Position numbers and translations under genes: made by a program. Under the pieces are notes generated by a model that made no database searches, had not been told where the DNA came from, and was given only the letters and a program-made list of their open reading frames with translations. From Bacilli bacterium (lineage in GTDB: Bacteria; Bacillota; Bacilli; Paenibacillales; DASWUO01), in the NCBI GenBank assembly GCA_036401615.1, contig DASWUO010000059.1, positions 1-38,673 on the forward strand: a stretch of DNA of 38,673 nucleotides, given 5' to 3'. Position 1 is the first letter of the stretch; every line of letters starts with the position of its first letter. This document shows positions 34,569 to 38,673 of the stretch, piece after piece.

Positions 34569-35393
34569 TTACAATAAGCCTTGGCCTTTCATCGCTCTTT
34601 CGAGCACTTCATATCCAAGGAATCCTGCCCCTTCAGCACTAACCCATTCATTTAAGCCTTCCATCTCCATCATGTGACGAATGACGGATTGTGTTGGATC
34701 CATAGCAAACAAGAGCTCCGTAAACCGTTGGCCCACGGCATCGTCAAACTCAGGCAGCACCGTAAAGTTGCAATGCGAATACCCCGGGGAGGTCCAAATT
34801 CCGTGAATCTCGTTCGTGTTCGCCAACCCTTGCTCCAGCATACGTATCCAAGTGGATTCACCAATAGCTCCGGCATCGGCTTCTCCCTGCTTCAGGGCTC
34901 GCAATACTTCATATTCACTCGTTCCGGTATCGCCATGTTTTCCCACATCCATATTAAAACGCAGCAGTTCTATATCTTTTTCAGGATCAATACCGTTTTC
35001 CTTCAGAAAATAGTAAGGTAGTATAGCCGCTTGAGCAGAATCTGCACTCCCTAATGCGACTTTCTTGCCTTTTAAATCCTGCAAAGCCTGAATACCTTTA
35101 TCCGCACGGGCAATGATTTTGGTAGTATAGTCGATGTCGGTATCCCTCATGCCCAATACTTTTGCCCGGCCCCCCAGCTTTCCTTGCAATTGAATGTAGG
35201 CCACATTCGTATTCCATCCAATATCAATAAACCCCTTCAATAAGGCGTCTACCTGCGCTTCATAGTTGGAAAACAAGACGTAATCCAAAGGCAACCCGTT
35301 TTCTTGATAGTAGGCGCGAATAATATCCCAAATGGCGATGACTTTAGGATCATAAGCAACTGAGCCCAGCAATAATGTGTTCTTCTTAGTCAT
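34569..35393 (-). CDS. PhnD/SsuA-fold substrate-binding-like protein without signal peptide
   Basis: From MTKKNTLLLGSVAYDPK the sequence runs straight into the type-II binding-protein fold. There is no signal peptide or lipobox, and no permease or ATPase partners. ATG 35393 lies behind AAGGGG; the track start is 35459. Confidence 0.72.
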   Translation of the reverse strand: MTKKNTLLLGSVAYDPKVIAIWDIIRAYYQENGLPLDYVLFSNYEAQVDALLKGFIDIGWNTNVAYIQLQGKLGGRAKVLGMRDTDIDYTTKIIARADKGIQALQDLKGKKVALGSADSAQAAILPYYFLKENGIDPEKDIELLRFNMDVGKHGDTGTSEYEVLRALKQGEADAGAIGESTWIRMLEQGLANTNEIHGIWTSPGYSHCNFTVLPEFDDAVGQRFTELLFAMDPTQSVIRHMMEMEGLNEWVSAEGAGFLGYEVLERAMKGQGLL

Positions 35394-35419
35394 GGATATA
35401 CCCCTTGTCCGTATTTTTT

Positions 35420-36547
35420 TTAAAATAAAGGAAGCCCGGCAACGGATTTTCCAACCCATTCCTTCAGCACCTCGGTAGTCGGGCCCATCACAGAGCCAGC
35501 GCGGGCATCGCGTAAATACCGCTCAACAGGCATGCTGCGCAAATAACCTTGTCCACCGCAAACCTGCATGGCCAGATTGGTTACCTTATTTACACTTTCT
35601 GATGCGAGTATCTTGGACTGCATTACATTCAAGATAGCACCCTCTTGTCCTTGAACAGCCCCTGCCGCAGCGCTGCGCGTGAAGAGCGAGGAAGCTTCAA
35701 CCAACCCGTACATCTCCGATAAATAAAACTGGATCGCTTGAATTTCCGCAAGGGCGCGTCCATCGGCATGCTTTCTTGTTTTTGCATGTTCTAGCGCGGC
35801 CGTATAAGCCCCTTTGGCTAAACCGTTGTTTACCCCAGCCACTCCTAGAATAAAAGTAGGCGCCACCACTTGGAAGATAAGGCCCAGACCGTCACCTTCA
35901 GCACCCACAAGTTGATCCGCCCTTATATGGGCATGATTTAATTCCATAGCAATGCTGTTATTTCCTGATAATCCAATACCCTCCCAAGTTCCTTCGAAGG
36001 TTAATCCTTTTGCATCTCGATCTACTATAAACATATCCAAGCCTAAACCCGGTGTGGAAGCATTCGTTAATACAACTAGAAAATCAGCCTTATCCCCGTT
36101 AGTAACGAAGCATTTGCGGCCATTAAGCACATAATGGTTATCTTCTTTCTTGGCTTTAATTTCAGGCATGTAGAAATGTGCACCTGTACCCGTCTCACTA
36201 AAAGCCAAGGTGCCGATTTTCTGTCCCTCAGCAATAGGCCGTAAATATCGCTCCTGCTGATCTGCAGTTGCTTTCGAAGCTATTACGGCAGTACCGCAGC
36301 AGTGCATCAAATAACACATGGCTGTAGAACCGCAAGCTTGAGCGATTAACTCGGTTACAGCGGTTAAATCCTCTAATGTCCCACCTAATCCGCCATGCTC
36401 CTTAGAAACCAATAAACCTAATAATCCGGCCTCTCCGAGTTTTTGAAAGGCTTCTTGGGGAAACCTGCGTTGTGCGTCAATTTCTGCGGCTAATGGAGCA
36501 ATTACTTCTCTGGTAACTTTTGCTGCAGATTGTAGGATCATCGTCAT
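35420..36547 (-). CDS. Acyl-CoA dehydrogenase-fold flavoprotein (MCAD-type catalytic Glu absent)
   Basis: 375 aa with the typical ACAD three-domain pattern. The C-terminal RDA...YEGT block reads RDARAGSVMGPTTEV, so Gly replaces the Glu376-equivalent. Confidence 0.82.
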   Translation of the reverse strand: MTMILQSAAKVTREVIAPLAAEIDAQRRFPQEAFQKLGEAGLLGLLVSKEHGGLGGTLEDLTAVTELIAQACGSTAMCYLMHCCGTAVIASKATADQQERYLRPIAEGQKIGTLAFSETGTGAHFYMPEIKAKKEDNHYVLNGRKCFVTNGDKADFLVVLTNASTPGLGLDMFIVDRDAKGLTFEGTWEGIGLSGNNSIAMELNHAHIRADQLVGAEGDGLGLIFQVVAPTFILGVAGVNNGLAKGAYTAALEHAKTRKHADGRALAEIQAIQFYLSEMYGLVEASSLFTRSAAAGAVQGQEGAILNVMQSKILASESVNKVTNLAMQVCGGQGYLRSMPVERYLRDARAGSVMGPTTEVLKEWVGKSVAGLPLF

Positions 36548-36582
36548 TTGGGGTTTTCTCCTTATATAAGTTAAATTAAGAA

Positions 36583-37869
36583 TTACATAAAATTCGGGGT
36601 ATGCGCTAAAGAAATTTTCTCAGCTGTTTCCAAGTCAAGTCCAATATGAAGCAATCGCTGAATCCGGTGCTCGTTCATCGTTTCCTTCAACCTGCCCAAC
36701 CGTTCAAATCCAACCTGCAGCTTTTCGGGACTGCGCCCTCCGCCAGCTATGATCGCCAGAGCTTCCATAAGATGGGTATTCTCACTGCTGCCTACATCGG
36801 ATAAATAAGTGTTGCGTTCCTCCGAGGCTTGAATAAGTGCATGAATCATATTGGGGTTCTTGCTTAACATATAACGCACATGACCGATTCCATAAGCAAC
36901 ATGGCGGCTTTCATCGATCTTCGCCAGATAAACAATTTTGCGGGTTACCGGATCCGGCGCATATTCTTCAATGTAGCTCAGCAGATCCAAGAAAGTCCCT
37001 TCCCCCAGCACATGAAGCAGGAAGGAAGACTTGAAATAATCCTCTTGGATAAACAGGCTGTTAAGGGAACGCTCTGTCAGGACGGAGGAGTATTGCAGCC
37101 CGCCGCCGCCAGCCATGGCACGCTTGATAAAAGCTTCAATATGCCTCGCTTCATCCTGAATTAAAGTGGATAGATACATACACACTTCAATATAATGCGG
37201 ATTAATGCGGGCTATAAACTTGGCCGGAATATAGAGCGCAGAATATTCGTTCTCTGCCAGAAAGGTCATGATCTGGCAGACGGCCCATTCCAATTCTTCC
37301 GGCAGATCCGGCAGTTGATCCCATGGAATATCGGTCGTTGCATTCCATTGGCCTTCTTTGGACTGCTCATATAAATCGAGTAAGTTGTCAGCCCAAACTT
37401 CATCCTTCCTGTTCAGGGTAAACCCGAAATCAGGCACACCAGATTCTGCTACAGCACCCCGCGGCACAAATCCGATGTACTTTGGCGCTTCATCCAACAG
37501 GTGGCCCAGACGCCCTTGAAACCAATCACGAATATCCAGCTTGGCTCCTTTCCGCAACGGAATCCGATGACCCCAATCCGGTTGACCGTTCACGGCAATC
37601 TGCTGCTTCTGCAGCAAGAGCCGAAAGTGGTCTCCTCCATCCATAGCATTGAGGAAAGTGGCTTTATGCAGCTTACACCACCCTCTCAAATCATCCTTTA
37701 CATGAGGGTTTGTGCTGACTACTTCCAGAACCTCCCCTTTATCCAGATGCTCCATGGCATTCTTCACAAGAAGAAACAGCTCGGATCCGCTTGGCATATT
37801 GCCTAATTCCAGCCTTCTGTCAGGCGTTATTCCCCGAATATCTACCTGATCGTTGGACACTTGCAACAC
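36583..37869 (-). CDS. Fusion of a Cys-less TusA/SirA-like domain with a ferritin-like diiron-carboxylate domain
   Basis: The N-terminus (~90 aa) resembles TusA (GEVLEVVSTNPHVKDDLRGWCKLHKATFL), but the CPxP cysteine site reads MPSG. The C-terminal half carries E(AENE)-x31-DEARH and E(GEG)-x29-DESRH diiron ligand spacing. Confidence 0.68.
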   Translation of the reverse strand: MLQVSNDQVDIRGITPDRRLELGNMPSGSELFLLVKNAMEHLDKGEVLEVVSTNPHVKDDLRGWCKLHKATFLNAMDGGDHFRLLLQKQQIAVNGQPDWGHRIPLRKGAKLDIRDWFQGRLGHLLDEAPKYIGFVPRGAVAESGVPDFGFTLNRKDEVWADNLLDLYEQSKEGQWNATTDIPWDQLPDLPEELEWAVCQIMTFLAENEYSALYIPAKFIARINPHYIEVCMYLSTLIQDEARHIEAFIKRAMAGGGGLQYSSVLTERSLNSLFIQEDYFKSSFLLHVLGEGTFLDLLSYIEEYAPDPVTRKIVYLAKIDESRHVAYGIGHVRYMLSKNPNMIHALIQASEERNTYLSDVGSSENTHLMEALAIIAGGGRSPEKLQVGFERLGRLKETMNEHRIQRLLHIGLDLETAEKISLAHTPNFM

Positions 37870-37878
37870 ATCGCTTCC

Positions 37879-38673
37879 TCAAAGAATATTTGATAGTTCT
37901 GCTATTTGGTTAATCATCATTTCCGTCGCTTCGTCTATGTTGTTGCAGCGGAAAGTAATCCGTTCCCCGGTAAAGTTCTCAATTGCATTCTTGTACCGGG
38001 GGTCATAGTGGTGCTCTAACAATAAATATACGGCTTCAGCAAAACGATCCGCATACAGGTGTTTTTCAATCTCTGCAGCGATTGGGGTATGAATTCGTTT
38101 TTTGATATATTGAAAGGCCTGGATACACGCCTCTTTCTGTTCTTGAGGCCGGTAATCTTCGAGTATATGTTTCACCCGTTCCTCCATCGGCAATTCAATA
38201 AACAACTGGATACCATTTTCCTTGGCATGAAACAAAAATTCGGGCATAACGGTTTTACCTATTCTTTTACTTTCGGCTTCCATCAGCAGATAAGGCGATT
38301 CGCTCCATTTCAACAGATCTTGCAATAGCAACGACTCAAACGTTTTCTGGTTATGAGCCTTAAGCCCAATGTGGCCAAATATGGATCCCCGATGAGCCGC
38401 CAGACCCTCCAGATCCAAAACAGGATACCTAAGCTCTTTAAGCCGAAGCAGCAAAGCGGTTTTCCCGGATCCGGTATTTCCGTTAATTACATAGACTTTA
38501 GGACGCAGGACATACGTCTCCAAAGTATCAACAACCCATTTGCGGTAAGCCCGAATCCCCCCGTTTAACCGATACACATGAATGTCCATAAGCGAAAGAA
38601 CAGTCGCTGTCGTCTTACTGCGCATGCCTCCACGCCAACAATACACTACCTTGCGTGATTCAATTCGCCCGAA
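37879..38673 (-). CDS. selU: tRNA 2-selenouridine synthase, C-terminal ~264 codons (N-terminus off the right edge)
   Basis: Rhodanese active-site loop YCWRGGMRS and P-loop GNTGSGKT with the RGSIFG block. The frame stays open to position 38673. Confidence 0.85.
   Translation of the reverse strand, partial: FGRIESRKVVYCWRGGMRSKTTATVLSLMDIHVYRLNGGIRAYRKWVVDTLETYVLRPKVYVINGNTGSGKTALLLRLKELRYPVLDLEGLAAHRGSIFGHIGLKAHNQKTFESLLLQDLLKWSESPYLLMEAESKRIGKTVMPEFLFHAKENGIQLFIELPMEERVKHILEDYRPQEQKEACIQAFQYIKKRIHTPIAAEIEKHLYADRFAEAVYLLLEHHYDPRYKNAIENFTGERITFRCNNIDEATEMMINQIAELSNIL

Overview
A 38.7-kb chromosomal segment that looks like a spore-forming Bacillales genome, possibly Paenibacillus-like. The taxon is inferred from gene content (YheC/D, GerM-like, LtaS), GGAGG Shine-Dalgarno sites and sigma-A type promoters. 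I recognise about 34 protein genes and no rRNA, tRNA, CRISPR array, transposase or integrase.

Housekeeping genes:
- metG, yidD, pyc, a class A PBP and an LtaS-type synthase.
- An OmpR/HK two-component pair.

Nitrate-assimilation regulon (about 10.0-23.0 kb):
- The minus-strand operon encodes an NrtA-like Tat-exported lipoprotein SBP, a permease, an ATPase and its own tatA-tatC.
- The plus-strand operon runs nasA(narK-type)-nasD-nasE-nasC.
- The 780-bp control region between them holds two mirrored consensus promoters and four TGTNAN7TNACA (TnrA/GlnR-type) boxes.
- Each side also has a dual AAUGAN-type hexaloop motif overlapping an intrinsic terminator, which is the ANTAR substrate architecture.
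- The likely cognate regulator is a pseudo-receiver ANTAR protein at 11041-11661. It is translationally coupled to a TrpD2/YbiB-like, non-catalytic AnPRT-fold protein rather than a periplasmic-binding-fold sensor. I consider this pair the best candidate for an undescribed sensory module.

Other items worth follow-up:
- A selU-linked operon: a Cys-less TusA-like domain fused to a diiron-carboxylate domain, an acyl-CoA-dehydrogenase-fold protein lacking the MCAD-type catalytic Glu, and a signal-less PhnD-like binding protein. It ends at a corA 3' remnant.
- A tightly coupled pair of a cytoplasmic BNR/Asp-box propeller and a CysO/MoaD-like GG-terminated carrier.
- A structured about 170-nt leader upstream of an ABC-2 transporter.
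- A 35-codon uORF that overlaps the nrtA-like start in an ATGA.

All calls rest on by-eye motif recognition and manual folding. No searches or computations were run.
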